Source: a virus. From it: a stretch of DNA of 64,000 bases. Numbering within the stretch: position 1 is the first letter of the stretch; each line of letters starts with the position of its first letter. Location of the stretch: IMG/VR virus record IMGVR_UViG_3300033402_000312. One strand, given 5' to 3'. Of this stretch, positions 14,578-24,038 are shown piece by piece. A program made the translations under genes and the position numbers. The notes under the pieces are model-generated. The model did not search any database, was not told the DNA's origin, and saw only the letters and a list, made by a program, of their open reading frames with translations.

Positions 14578-15240
14578 ATGTTGTCAAGGACTAAAAAGGC
14601 GGCTGCGCTGTACTTCGAGCCGCTCAAGAAACTGCTGGCTGCTGTGCGGTCGGTGGTGCAGTTCCGTGTGAAGCGCTGGCATGTCGCCATGCGCGGGTGG
14701 AATGAGAAAGACGTTCGCGTCCTGATCTGCCTTGAAGACTCGATCTGGTACTGGGTCGTGTTGGAGTGGCTGTTCTGGGACGTCCAGACGCATGTCTGCC
14801 ACTGCATGGACTGCGTCAAGCTCCCGAAGTTCGTCCGCAACTGGAAGCGGCACTGGGACAAGGACGATCCCGAGTACTTCGCCACGTGGGAGGACTGGTA
14901 CGGCGACAGCTTTCACTCGATCTGGCACTGCCATGTGTGCGATCCCTTGCTTCAGTGGGTGTGGAGGCACAAGGATTTCCACAAGGCGTGGCCGCAGTGG
15001 GAACTGACGTTCGACGAAGCCCGCAAGACCTTCGCGCACGACCCGAAAATCTACGAGTGGGCTGAGAAGGAACTTGCGGAGCACAAGCAGTACGACGCCG
15101 AGAAGCTCGACGAGATTCGCAAGTCCTACAAGGCTGGCGGCCTGACCCGCGAGCAGGCGCTTGAAAAGCTGGGGTGGCACTTCGGGGGCGAGAATCTTGA
15201 AATTCTGCTTGACGAAAAAGAAGGACTAACAGTATCTTAA
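14578..15240 (+). CDS. hypothetical Trp/His/Cys-rich protein
   Basis: RBS AAGGAG 8 nt upstream; 220-aa ORF. Confidence 0.6.
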   Translation: MLSRTKKAAALYFEPLKKLLAAVRSVVQFRVKRWHVAMRGWNEKDVRVLICLEDSIWYWVVLEWLFWDVQTHVCHCMDCVKLPKFVRNWKRHWDKDDPEYFATWEDWYGDSFHSIWHCHVCDPLLQWVWRHKDFHKAWPQWELTFDEARKTFAHDPKIYEWAEKELAEHKQYDAEKLDEIRKSYKAGGLTREQALEKLGWHFGGENLEILLDEKEGLTVS

Positions 15241-15485
15241 TAGATGCACGTGGGACCCCGACCGACCTGACGAGGCAGCTTGTACGAGAGGTGGCGGGCA
15301 GTGCGCATCAACCTGGCACCGAGGCTCATAACGACTGAACAGCCGGAGCCGATGACAACGGGGTCCCACAACTTTTTCAGTCCCAGCCCTGCCTGACTGG
15401 GTGGTTGCGGGGGAGATGTTCCAGCCCATACGATGACTGGATGGCGGGGACGCAATGTTTGGCGGAGACGACTAAATTTTTCTGA

Positions 15486-15562
15486 TGCGGGGTGGAGCAG
15501 TCTGGTAGCTCGCAACGCTCATAACGTTGAGGTCGCCGGTTCAAATCCGGCCCCCGCTTCCA
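15486..15562 (+). tRNA. initiator-like tRNA-Met(CAT)
   Basis: Body nearly identical to E. coli tRNA-fMet (TGGAGCAGTCTGGTAGCTC, GGTCGCCGGTTCAAATCCGGCCCCCGC); unpaired 1:72 (T/T); CCA encoded; anticodon stem CAACG/CGTTG lacks the three G:C pairs. Confidence 0.75.
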
Positions 15563-15578
15563 GTTTATAGCCCGAGGG

Positions 15579-15818
15579 GTGGAACCTGAGACGGCAATTC
15601 CGCCCCTCCATTCTTTGAAAGGGCGCATGGGACAGACTTCGTCAAGCTCCAAAACGACAGCCACCGAACTGGCGAAGATGCTGATGGAGCACCCCGACTG
15701 GGAAGTCGAGGTCGAGGGTTACGCTTGGTTCGGGATGAACGAGCCTACGAAGTATACGTCGTCGCCCGAAGTGGACGAACTGCCCGAGCAGAAAAAGTTT
15801 CTCATCTACACAGTCTGA
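15579..15818 (+). CDS. hypothetical small protein (start may be 15627)
   Basis: 79-aa ORF directly after tRNA; acidic C-terminal half. Confidence 0.35.
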   Translation: MEPETAIPPLHSLKGRMGQTSSSSKTTATELAKMLMEHPDWEVEVEGYAWFGMNEPTKYTSSPEVDELPEQKKFLIYTV

Positions 15819-16090
15819 GTTCAACGCCCGTAGGCTTTGAGCCGAGATGCAGAAGGGCTGGCAGAGCCATACGACCTGATGCAGGACGGGAAAGCTCTGC
15901 AAGTAATTTGTGAAGAGATTCTGCAAATGAGGCGGCATCTCATTTGCAGGGGAGCCGGAGCAAATGCGCGAGGACATGCCTCACCAGCGCGTTCAGACGG
16001 ACACCGGACCGGGTGAAAGCCGTGGCAAGACTGTTTGAGTCTCCGGCGCAAGCTTCGCAGCGGTGTAATGTACGGATACTTCACATAAAC

Positions 16091-16119
16091 CAGTAGGTTG
16101 TGGGTTCGAATCCCACCTT
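16091..16119 (+). tRNA. tRNA 3' fragment (variable loop + T arm + acceptor 3' strand)
   Basis: GGTTGTGGGTTCGAATCCCACCTTCCGAG has perfect T arm GTGGG-TTCGAAT-CCCAC but no matching 5' half upstream. Confidence 0.4.
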
Positions 16120-16669
16120 CCGAGAAATCGGATGTAGCTCAACTGGAAGAGCAACAGGTCAGAAAAATTCCGTGCAGCTTTTTGTTCCCTGCGATTTCAA
16201 GACTGATTTTTTCGTGCCGAGCCGCCCGTGCGTGGCCACGCTAAGGCGCGGGAGAATCCATAAGGTGGCTGTTGTACAGGCCCGCTCGTACGAAGGGCGA
16301 TCTTTCTAGCTAGAGGTTCGTACGAGCGAATACATTTCGGTGCTTCAAGCCGTTCTCGGACGTAAACCGAGTGGAGCGGAACCTCGCACGTTTCCCGGTT
16401 CGTCAAAAACCGGGTGGATTTCTATGACGAAAGCGACCGCGTGCAGCCTCGTTGCTTATGCCTCGGCGTTCGCTGCTGGCGCGACTTTCTGGTACGGAAC
16501 CTTGGCGTCGAAGCCCAAGTTCTATTATCTCGCGGTAGCGTTCTTCTTGTTTGCCGCGAAGTTCCGTTTTCTGGCTTCCGCGCATCTAAAAGGAAAGATT
16601 CAATGAAGCTGACGTCCCAACTCGACTCGTTTAGCGGCCCCTCCGGGGGCCTGCGGTAACGTGTGTCAA

Positions 16670-16745
16670 GGGGACGTAGCTGATGCGGTCTTAGCGCCTG
16701 CCTGAAGAGCAGGAGATGTTGGTTCGACTCCGACCGTCCCCGCCA
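16670..16745 (+). tRNA. tRNA-Phe(GAA)
   Basis: GGGGACG...CGTCCCC+G+CCA; anticodon arm CCTGC-CTGAAGA-GCAGG; T arm GTTGG-TTCGACT-CCGAC. Confidence 0.8.
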
Positions 16746-16786
16746 AACTTCCTCCTTCCTTCTTGTCCTCCAAGTATTAGTCATGG

Positions 16787-19700
16787 ATGGACGAACTTAC
16801 CCCGCAGCAAGAGCAGCCAGCCAAGAAGACGCGAAAGCCCAGAGCGCCTAAGGCCGAGAAGCCGAAGAAGGAAAAGCCTGCCCGCGACATCCGAAGTGTG
16901 TTCCGCGAAAAGCTGGCAAGCATCACCGTCGAGGGCATCAAGAAGCCTTGGATGTCCGAGAAGGTGTTCCGCCTCATCACGACGGCAGAGGAGCTTGAAG
17001 CTTGGGTAGACAGCATCCTGGCCGACGCGTCCCGGCACCACGCATGGGCGGGCATCACCTGTCCCGTCATTGCGGTTGACACCGAGACGACCAGCCTCGA
17101 CACGCGCATCTTCACCGACATCAAGCAGGACGGGAACGGCAATTGGTATCTGGTCTACGAGGTCAAGACCGAGATCGCCGGGGTCTGCCTCTCCGCTGAC
17201 GGCATCGAAGGACTTTACATCCCGATCAACCACGAGAGGGGCGTGAACGTTCCCCGCGCCGACGCGGCGCGGATTCTCCAGAGGCTCTTCGACCGATCTC
17301 ACCTGGTCTTCTACAACGGCAAATTCGACCGCGAGGTCATGAAGATCACGCTGGGCATAAGCTTCCGTGGCTACCCGCACTTCGAGGACGTGCAGGTCTT
17401 GAACTACATCAACGACCCGAAGGCCGATTTCGGCGACAAGGCGAGCTTCCAAGGCGGTGCCGAGGGGCTGAAGAAGCTTTCCGAGAGGGTGCTGGGCATC
17501 GAGCAGATCGAGATCGACGAGATCGCGAAAGTCCGCTGCCAAGTCTGGAACCCCGTCACGCAGAAGAACACGCTGAAGCAGAAAGTCGTCCCGTTCACCT
17601 GGGTTCCCCCTGACATCGCGCTGTGGTACGCGGCGGCGGACGCGATCTGCACGTGGCTCCTGTGGGACCGCATGAAGGGGCTTGCCCGCAGCCGGAAGCT
17701 CGTCCACCGCATCGACCACGAGCTTGTCGATTCGCTCGCGTACGTCGAGCGCCAGCGCTTCCTCGTGGACGTTGACCGCCAGCGCCGCACCGCCCGCTGG
17801 CACGGGCGCACGCTCGCGGCGCTGAAGGACAAGCTCTCGAAGCTCGCTGAGGCGGCGGGCTGGACGCAGGAATTCAACCCCGGCTCGACGAAGCAGCTTG
17901 GCGAGCTTCTGTTCAAGGTCATGGGCTTCAAGCCGTACCGCACGACCGATGGCGGCGCGGCGTCCACCGACAAGGAGACCCTGACGGAGCTTGCGAAAGA
18001 TCACCCGGACAACGAGTTCATCGTTGCCCTGAAGGATTTCCGCGAGCTTGCGGCGCTTCACCCGGACAACCTGCGCTACGATCCGAAAGACAACTCCGCG
18101 AGGATATACCTCAAGCAGAACGTCGTCGCCGGGGGACGCCTATCCGGGGGCGGCGGGGAGTTCGAGAAGGACGGCGGGTTGGAATGGAACCCGCAGGGCG
18201 TCAAGAAGCTGGAGAAGGAGGACTTCTGGCGCGTGTACGGCAACGTGCTGGAGCCGGACTCCGTGCCGGAGTATGAGGTTGAGGAGCACGACGAGAGCGA
18301 GCTTCACCCGTCCTGCTTTGTCGAGGAGAAGGGCGTCAAGACTAAGGCCCCCGGCATCATCAAGAACCATATCGGTCTCTACCAAGACTACGCGATCTGC
18401 CTTGTGCCGGGCTGCAAGACCTGCAAGGACAAGTTCGGAATCCTGATCGAGGACACGTCGCTCGACGCGAACCAAGTTATCAACCTGCGCGTGCTCATGA
18501 CCGCGCCTCCGGGATGGACGTTCTTCAGCATCGACTACTCGAACATCGAGATGCGTGCGATGGCCAACCTGTCCGGCGAGCCGAAGTATGTCCAGGAGTT
18601 CCTGACGGGAAGCGGCGACTTCCACGACCTGACCGCGAAGAACATCTTCCCGCAGTACAGCGACCCGACGTCGAAGGACTACAAGTCCAAGACCTTGCGC
18701 GGCATCGCCAAGATCATCAACTTCGCCATCAACTACGGCGGCACGGCGCACGCCATCTACAGGAACCTCATCAAGAAAGACCCGACCATGACCATGAAAA
18801 AGGCGGAGGAGCTTGTCGAGAAGTACTGGGCGGGCGTGCCGAAGTTCAAGGAGTGGTGCGACGTCAAGCAGGCGCGGGCACGCAACGATTTCGTCACCGA
18901 AACAGCGACTGGGCGCGTGCTCGACTTCAAGTCGGCGATGGAGCAGGAGCACATCCGCGTGCCAACTTCCCAGGAGAAGGCGCTCCTGAGAAAGTACTAC
19001 GACTACAAGCGCGAAGCCAAGGCTGCGCTGGAGCGGGGCGACGAGGACGTTGCCGCATCGTACAAGAACGCGGCGGACAGGCTGTGGAAGAACCCGGAAA
19101 CGGGCGTCCGCAACGCCATTGAGTACAACCAGTTCATCAGCAAGGCGCAGCGCGTCGCAGTCAACACCCCGGTGCAGGGGCTGTGCGGCGACTTCATGCG
19201 CATCTCGATCAACCGCATCAAGAAGTGGGTCGAGAAGGACCCGGACGTCCAAAAAGTGTTCCGCTTCCACTGCTCCGTCCACGACGAGATCGACGTGTCG
19301 ATCAAGAACGAGTATGTGCCGTTCGTCCTGCCGCGCCTCACGCGCTGGATGAAGCTGCGCAAGTACCACGAGAGCATGCAGTGGCCTGTTCCCATCGAAT
19401 GCGACGCAGAGTACGGTCGTAGCTGGGACGTGGACTGGAGCATCAACAAGGTGGGATACACGTACATCGACGGCCTTGAGACCTACGCGCCGGATGCGTT
19501 CAGCACGACCACGGTCAACAACCTGTACAAATTCATTGCCTCCGGCGACGAGGAGAAACGCGAGAAGGCGAAGGGCTACCTCCAGAACGTCCTCCACCCC
19601 CGCGCTTTCGAATCCGCGAAACTTCTGTTCAAGGCGCAGGACAGGAAGGAAATCCAGCAGCAGCTTGTCGCCGTGCTCCAGCTTCACGAGTACTGGACTA

Positions 19701-19987
19701 TCGACCATGTGCCGGACGGCGACGAGAACGACAAGACCCTTGAGACGCTCGCGCAGTACGAGCAGCGCGTGGGCATCAGCGCACGCGACCCGCTCTGCCC
19801 GGAGTTCGGTTACATGGGGCCGATCCCGCTCGACAACCCGAACGTGATCCGCCCGGAGCCTAACCTGCTCGAAGGCGGTGAGGTTACGCCCACGGAAACC
19901 TCGGAACCGGAAACAGAAGAAACTTTTGAGGTTGAAGACCCCCCGCAGACCTCTCAGGAATTCCTGACGCATAAAGTAGGAGCTTAG
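16787..19987 (+). CDS. polA: DNA polymerase, family A (3'-5' exonuclease + polymerase)
   Basis: Exo motifs DTETTSLD, YNGKFD, YAAADA; Pol motif A IDYSNIEMRAMANL, motif B RGIAKIINFAINYGG, motif C SVHDEIDV; 1066 aa with insertions. Confidence 0.95.
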   Translation: MDELTPQQEQPAKKTRKPRAPKAEKPKKEKPARDIRSVFREKLASITVEGIKKPWMSEKVFRLITTAEELEAWVDSILADASRHHAWAGITCPVIAVDTETTSLDTRIFTDIKQDGNGNWYLVYEVKTEIAGVCLSADGIEGLYIPINHERGVNVPRADAARILQRLFDRSHLVFYNGKFDREVMKITLGISFRGYPHFEDVQVLNYINDPKADFGDKASFQGGAEGLKKLSERVLGIEQIEIDEIAKVRCQVWNPVTQKNTLKQKVVPFTWVPPDIALWYAAADAICTWLLWDRMKGLARSRKLVHRIDHELVDSLAYVERQRFLVDVDRQRRTARWHGRTLAALKDKLSKLAEAAGWTQEFNPGSTKQLGELLFKVMGFKPYRTTDGGAASTDKETLTELAKDHPDNEFIVALKDFRELAALHPDNLRYDPKDNSARIYLKQNVVAGGRLSGGGGEFEKDGGLEWNPQGVKKLEKEDFWRVYGNVLEPDSVPEYEVEEHDESELHPSCFVEEKGVKTKAPGIIKNHIGLYQDYAICLVPGCKTCKDKFGILIEDTSLDANQVINLRVLMTAPPGWTFFSIDYSNIEMRAMANLSGEPKYVQEFLTGSGDFHDLTAKNIFPQYSDPTSKDYKSKTLRGIAKIINFAINYGGTAHAIYRNLIKKDPTMTMKKAEELVEKYWAGVPKFKEWCDVKQARARNDFVTETATGRVLDFKSAMEQEHIRVPTSQEKALLRKYYDYKREAKAALERGDEDVAASYKNAADRLWKNPETGVRNAIEYNQFISKAQRVAVNTPVQGLCGDFMRISINRIKKWVEKDPDVQKVFRFHCSVHDEIDVSIKNEYVPFVLPRLTRWMKLRKYHESMQWPVPIECDAEYGRSWDVDWSINKVGYTYIDGLETYAPDAFSTTTVNNLYKFIASGDEEKREKAKGYLQNVLHPRAFESAKLLFKAQDRKEIQQQLVAVLQLHEYWTIDHVPDGDENDKTLETLAQYEQRVGISARDPLCPEFGYMGPIPLDNPNVIRPEPNLLEGGEVTPTETSEPETEETFEVEDPPQTSQEFLTHKVGA

Positions 19988-19988
19988 G

Positions 19989-20789
19989 ATGCCGGACAAC
20001 AAGCACAAGCGCTGCCCACAGTGCGGCGGCGAAATCGACTACTTCGGATCATGCCGCAGGTGCGGACGCGAGTGGTCTGAGACCCTTGAGGACGACGAGC
20101 TTGCCGAGGGCAAGCCCGAAGGGCAACAGCACCCTGCCGAGGTCAAGCCGCCTGCCAAGACACCGCGCAAGAGGAACCGCTTCACCAAGTCCTCCAAGGC
20201 TGCCGCCCCGGATGACAAGTACTCCCCTTGGCGGATCGACGCCTTGAACGACGATGACACCGAGATTACCAAGAAGCGTTCGTTGATGCGGCTGGATTCC
20301 CGCAAGACCTACAATGCCATGGGTTTATCCCTGAGGGCACACGAGGCGGAGAAAGCCGCCCTGCTATGGCTTACAAGGTTGTGGGAGTTCCTGTCGGAAG
20401 AGGAGCAGGCAGCGCTCACCCCGGCCCTTGAGCACCTGAAGCGCAGCTTCGCGGGCGTCAGGCTCGTGGCGCAATCGAAGGTCAACGAGGCGGCGCGGAT
20501 GGAAATCGAGATGGACAAGGAGCACAAAGCGGCGCGGTCAGCCCGCTTGCGGCTCATGGGCGAGGAAGCCGAGAAGCGGAAAGAGGCGGCAACCAAGCAG
20601 ATCACTCCGGGCGAGGACACGGAAGGAATGAACGTTCCCGATCTCGCGGTCATCGACCCAAAGGCTTTGGAGGGTCTTTCCCAGGAAGAGCTTTTGGAGC
20701 TTGCGAAGGCGAAGCTCGCCAACCTTGACCAAGAGAAGGCTTTGCGGAAGCGCAGCGAAACGCCGACCGACGACACCCCGGACGAATAA
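19989..20789 (+). CDS. hypothetical protein with N-terminal zinc ribbon
   Basis: CPQCGG...CRRCG at N-terminus; charged/coiled-coil-like C-terminal half; 1-nt gap after polA. Confidence 0.55.
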   Translation: MPDNKHKRCPQCGGEIDYFGSCRRCGREWSETLEDDELAEGKPEGQQHPAEVKPPAKTPRKRNRFTKSSKAAAPDDKYSPWRIDALNDDDTEITKKRSLMRLDSRKTYNAMGLSLRAHEAEKAALLWLTRLWEFLSEEEQAALTPALEHLKRSFAGVRLVAQSKVNEAARMEIEMDKEHKAARSARLRLMGEEAEKRKEAATKQITPGEDTEGMNVPDLAVIDPKALEGLSQEELLELAKAKLANLDQEKALRKRSETPTDDTPDE

Positions 20790-20827
20790 AGCTGGCTATC
20801 CGACAGCATTTATAGGGATAAAGAAGC

Positions 20828-23461
20828 ATGGCAGACGAGAAGAAGCCCCCTAAGCGTGCCCGCAACGGCAGCGTTTCGGTCGGCAAGACCACTGAAATCC
20901 GCAAGGTAGCCACGGATGCTGGCGGCAGGGAATACGCCTCGGCGGGCCGCTATACCACGTTCGACGGGAAGAACATCCGCGACGACGTGGCTTACCGCAA
21001 CAAGCTCCGCTCCCTGCGCGGGCTTGCCGACAGCTTCCTCGGGGGCGACGAGACCTTCCAGTCCGGCAAGATGGCTGCCGGGATATTCGGCGACGGCGGT
21101 CTCGGGTTCGCGGACATCGCCGACTCCAACAACATCGGATACTACTCGTACGAATTCCCCGTCGATGCGCTTGAACTCCCCGCCTCGCGTGCCGAGGAAC
21201 TCCGGTTCTACCGGCTTGCTTACGACCGCGACCCAATCGTAGGTCGCGCCATCGACCTGCACACCGAGCTTCCCCTGTCCAAGATGGAGCTTAGCAAACC
21301 CAAGTCTTCCAGTGAGGAGTACGCCGACTTCGTCTTTGACGAGTATCAGCGCGTCGTGCAGAACACGAAGCTGTTCCAAGTCCTGATCGATGCCGTCCGC
21401 GAGTACTGGACAATCGGCGAGACTTTCATCTTTGTCGAGAAGCCCGCCGACATCGAGCCTTGCAAGGAAGCCCTGAAGCAGATAGAGAAAGGCAAGAAGG
21501 GGGATGCGTCTGAGCCGGGCAAGGAGTCTGAATTCAATACCCCGCTGGGCGGCACGTCCGACCGGGTCATCGAATACCTCGAACCGGCGAAGCGCTCCTC
21601 GTGGGCGAAGCGGCGCGGAACCGAGATCGACGCGATGAAGGAGGCTGGGCTGAATTTCGACTTCGACGAGGACGTTGGCAAGGTCGCGGCGGACATCAAG
21701 GAGAAGCGTGCCTCGCTGAACGCGAAAACGCGCAAGTACGCGAAGATTGCGGGCGTGCCTGCGAAGAAGCTGGCAAAGCTCATCATCGTTGCGGACTCGG
21801 GCACTTACGGCTGGGGCGATGCCATCAAGAATGCGGCGCTCGCGAAGGCGGCGCTCGCGAAGCTCATCGGCCGCATCGACGTTGACGATTCGCTCAACGC
21901 CCCGATACAGCAGACCGCAGGGTTCGAAAAGACCGCGCAGCCGCCCGGAGTCACTGACCCCGGCGCTGCCGCTCCCGCTGCCCCCGCTGGTGCTGCCGGT
22001 GCTGCCGGTGCCGGTGCTGGTGCTCCTCCAGGTGCTGAGGGTGTCGCGCCGGGCGAACCGGGCGCTGAAGGCGTTGCTGCTCCGGGCGAAGGCGCTCCCT
22101 TGGGCGATGCCGGGCTTGGCGACATCGAGGGCGGCGGCGGTGCTGGCATGCCTATGGGCGGAGGGGGAGGCGCGGGCATCCCGGCAGACATGGCAGGCGA
22201 TGCGCAAAACGCCATCGCGGCGGGCGCGTCCATCACTGCGCAGCGCGAACTGATGGAGCTAAAGCATTTGCTCAGCCTGCTCGAAAAGAAGAAGGAACTG
22301 CTCGAAGAGTTGAAGGAAATCCGCGAGAAAAAGCGGGAGGAGCTTGAGCTTTTCTCGCATGTGACCAACAAGGACTACGACGGCCCGACCAAGATTCAAA
22401 TCCTGCCCCCGGAGCAGATGGAAATCGCAAACGAAGGGCAGATGGAGGACGGCCCGACGATCTACTACAAGCCGCCCGAGGAGCAGAAGCAGGCTTACCT
22501 CGAAGACCCGGACGTGCCAGCCGAGGTCAAGGAAAAAATCCAGACAGAAGGCAAGATTCCGCTCAACCAAGACCCGATGAAGGGCAGCTACGTGATCCAC
22601 CTCGCCCGCAAGAAGAGCGGCTACGAGCTTCACGGGCGCTCGATACTCCAGCGCTGCATCCGCACGGTCATCTACCGCGAGAAGCTGCGGCAGGTGCAGT
22701 CCACGCTGGCATCGCGCAACATGACGCCGAAGACCATGGTTATCGCACCGGGCATCCCGACATCCGAGGTCATGGCGCTCCGGGCCCACATCGACGAGGC
22801 AAAGGCAGACCCGGACTACTCCGTCGTGCTCAACTATGAGGCACGGTGGGACGAGATCGGCTCCGAAGGACGCCTGCTTGTGCTCGACGGCGAGTACCAG
22901 CATACCAATTCCGACCTTGCAATCGGCCTCGGTCTGTCCCCTGAAATCCTGATCGGCGAGGGTCTTTACTCAGGAAACAAAATACAACTGCAAATCCTTG
23001 AGGTTTCGTATGTGCAGTTCAGGGATTTGCTCACGGGCGTCATAGAGGACAAATTCTTCAAGCCGATTGCAATGGAACGCGGCTTCTACGAGATCGACAA
23101 ATACGGCCGCCCGCGCTGGATTTTCCCGAAAGTCTCGTTTAGCCGCATGGCCCTGCGCGACAGCGGAGACCTTTACGATATGCTCTTTAATTTGTACAGT
23201 AAAGGGAGTCTCCCGGTTGACATCATCCTTGAGTTCCTTAACGTCGATCCTGAGGACGCCAAGCGCAAGCTGGAGGACAACCTCTTCACGGTGCAGGACA
23301 GCAAATTTAATGAAATGCTTTCAAATATCTACGGAAGCGTCGGCGAGTGGATGATGGCGAACACCGATCTCGGGAAGCGTCTTGTGAAGGGTCTCACTTT
23401 GAACGAAGTCGATCACGCTGAGGACTCTGAAGGTCCAGAGGGTTCAGGCGAGGGTGTATAA
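20828..23461 (+). CDS. putative portal/head structural protein with Ala/Gly/Pro low-complexity insertion
   Basis: 877-aa ORF; N-terminal third has portal-like segments (ELRFYRLAYDRDPIVGRAIDLHTELPLSK); residues ~365-460 low complexity. Confidence 0.45.
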   Translation: MADEKKPPKRARNGSVSVGKTTEIRKVATDAGGREYASAGRYTTFDGKNIRDDVAYRNKLRSLRGLADSFLGGDETFQSGKMAAGIFGDGGLGFADIADSNNIGYYSYEFPVDALELPASRAEELRFYRLAYDRDPIVGRAIDLHTELPLSKMELSKPKSSSEEYADFVFDEYQRVVQNTKLFQVLIDAVREYWTIGETFIFVEKPADIEPCKEALKQIEKGKKGDASEPGKESEFNTPLGGTSDRVIEYLEPAKRSSWAKRRGTEIDAMKEAGLNFDFDEDVGKVAADIKEKRASLNAKTRKYAKIAGVPAKKLAKLIIVADSGTYGWGDAIKNAALAKAALAKLIGRIDVDDSLNAPIQQTAGFEKTAQPPGVTDPGAAAPAAPAGAAGAAGAGAGAPPGAEGVAPGEPGAEGVAAPGEGAPLGDAGLGDIEGGGGAGMPMGGGGGAGIPADMAGDAQNAIAAGASITAQRELMELKHLLSLLEKKKELLEELKEIREKKREELELFSHVTNKDYDGPTKIQILPPEQMEIANEGQMEDGPTIYYKPPEEQKQAYLEDPDVPAEVKEKIQTEGKIPLNQDPMKGSYVIHLARKKSGYELHGRSILQRCIRTVIYREKLRQVQSTLASRNMTPKTMVIAPGIPTSEVMALRAHIDEAKADPDYSVVLNYEARWDEIGSEGRLLVLDGEYQHTNSDLAIGLGLSPEILIGEGLYSGNKIQLQILEVSYVQFRDLLTGVIEDKFFKPIAMERGFYEIDKYGRPRWIFPKVSFSRMALRDSGDLYDMLFNLYSKGSLPVDIILEFLNVDPEDAKRKLEDNLFTVQDSKFNEMLSNIYGSVGEWMMANTDLGKRLVKGLTLNEVDHAEDSEGPEGSGEGV

Positions 23462-23468
23462 TAGCTAG

Positions 23469-24038
23469 ATGAGAAATCACACTCTTAAAGGTCAACGTTT
23501 TGGCAAGCTACTTGTTCTACGACGTGCTAGTCGAAACAAATTCGGGAAAATTCTTTGGTTATGCCAATGTGACTGCGGTCGTCGCAAGCGCGTTCTAGGC
23601 GCAAATTTATGGATAAAGGGTGGCAAGCCACATCAAGGCAGTTGTGGCTGTGAGCAGGGACTACGACCAACTGGACGGGTGCCAGCTTACAAATATCTTA
23701 TGACGGACTACCGAGGTTCCGCCAAAGCTAACAATCGTTCTTTTGAACTTACCGATGAAGTTTTTTCCAAACTGGTGACTTCCCCTTGCGACTACTGTGG
23801 TCGATTGCCAGAACGAACATTGCCGCCAAGCAGAACACGCAAGTATGCAAACTATGCCACATTCCGCTGGAATGGCATCGACCGGATTGACAGCGCCAAG
23901 GGCTACGTCGAGGACAACGTGGTGCCGTGCTGCAAGCCCTGCAACGAACTTAAGTCCAACAAAAGCCGCGACAAGTTCCTGCGGCTAGTCGAGACGATCT
24001 ACCGCTGGCAGAACCGCCAGCGTGCGGCTTCGGCTTAG
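23469..24038 (+). CDS. HNH homing endonuclease
   Basis: CDYCGRLP...WNGIDRIDSAKGYVEDNVVPCCKPCNELKSNKS; N-terminal CxxC pairs; low-GC island. Confidence 0.8.
   Translation: MRNHTLKGQRFGKLLVLRRASRNKFGKILWLCQCDCGRRKRVLGANLWIKGGKPHQGSCGCEQGLRPTGRVPAYKYLMTDYRGSAKANNRSFELTDEVFSKLVTSPCDYCGRLPERTLPPSRTRKYANYATFRWNGIDRIDSAKGYVEDNVVPCCKPCNELKSNKSRDKFLRLVETIYRWQNRQRAASA

Noticed and set aside
16091-16119. tRNA 3' fragment as an attL/attR remnant of an integrated element
   Set aside because: No integrase, recombinase or host-like flank anywhere in the window; the fragment is more simply a decayed or permuted phage tRNA.
3577-16745. Idea that the release-factor gene plus tRNAs indicate stop-codon reassignment or suppressor tRNAs
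   Set aside because: No tRNA has a CUA, UCA or UUA anticodon; genes in the window terminate with all three stop codons (TAA, TAG, TGA), so the standard code applies.
16781-20008. Long minus-strand ORFs (426 aa and 622 aa) antisense to the DNA polymerase gene
   Set aside because: Arg/Ala/Leu/Val-rich low-complexity translations typical of the antisense frame of a high-GC gene; polA on the + strand has unambiguous motifs.
20810-22903. Minus-strand ORFs of 465 aa and 214 aa antisense to the portal-like gene
   Set aside because: Same GC-frame artefact; no motifs; the sense-strand gene is continuous.
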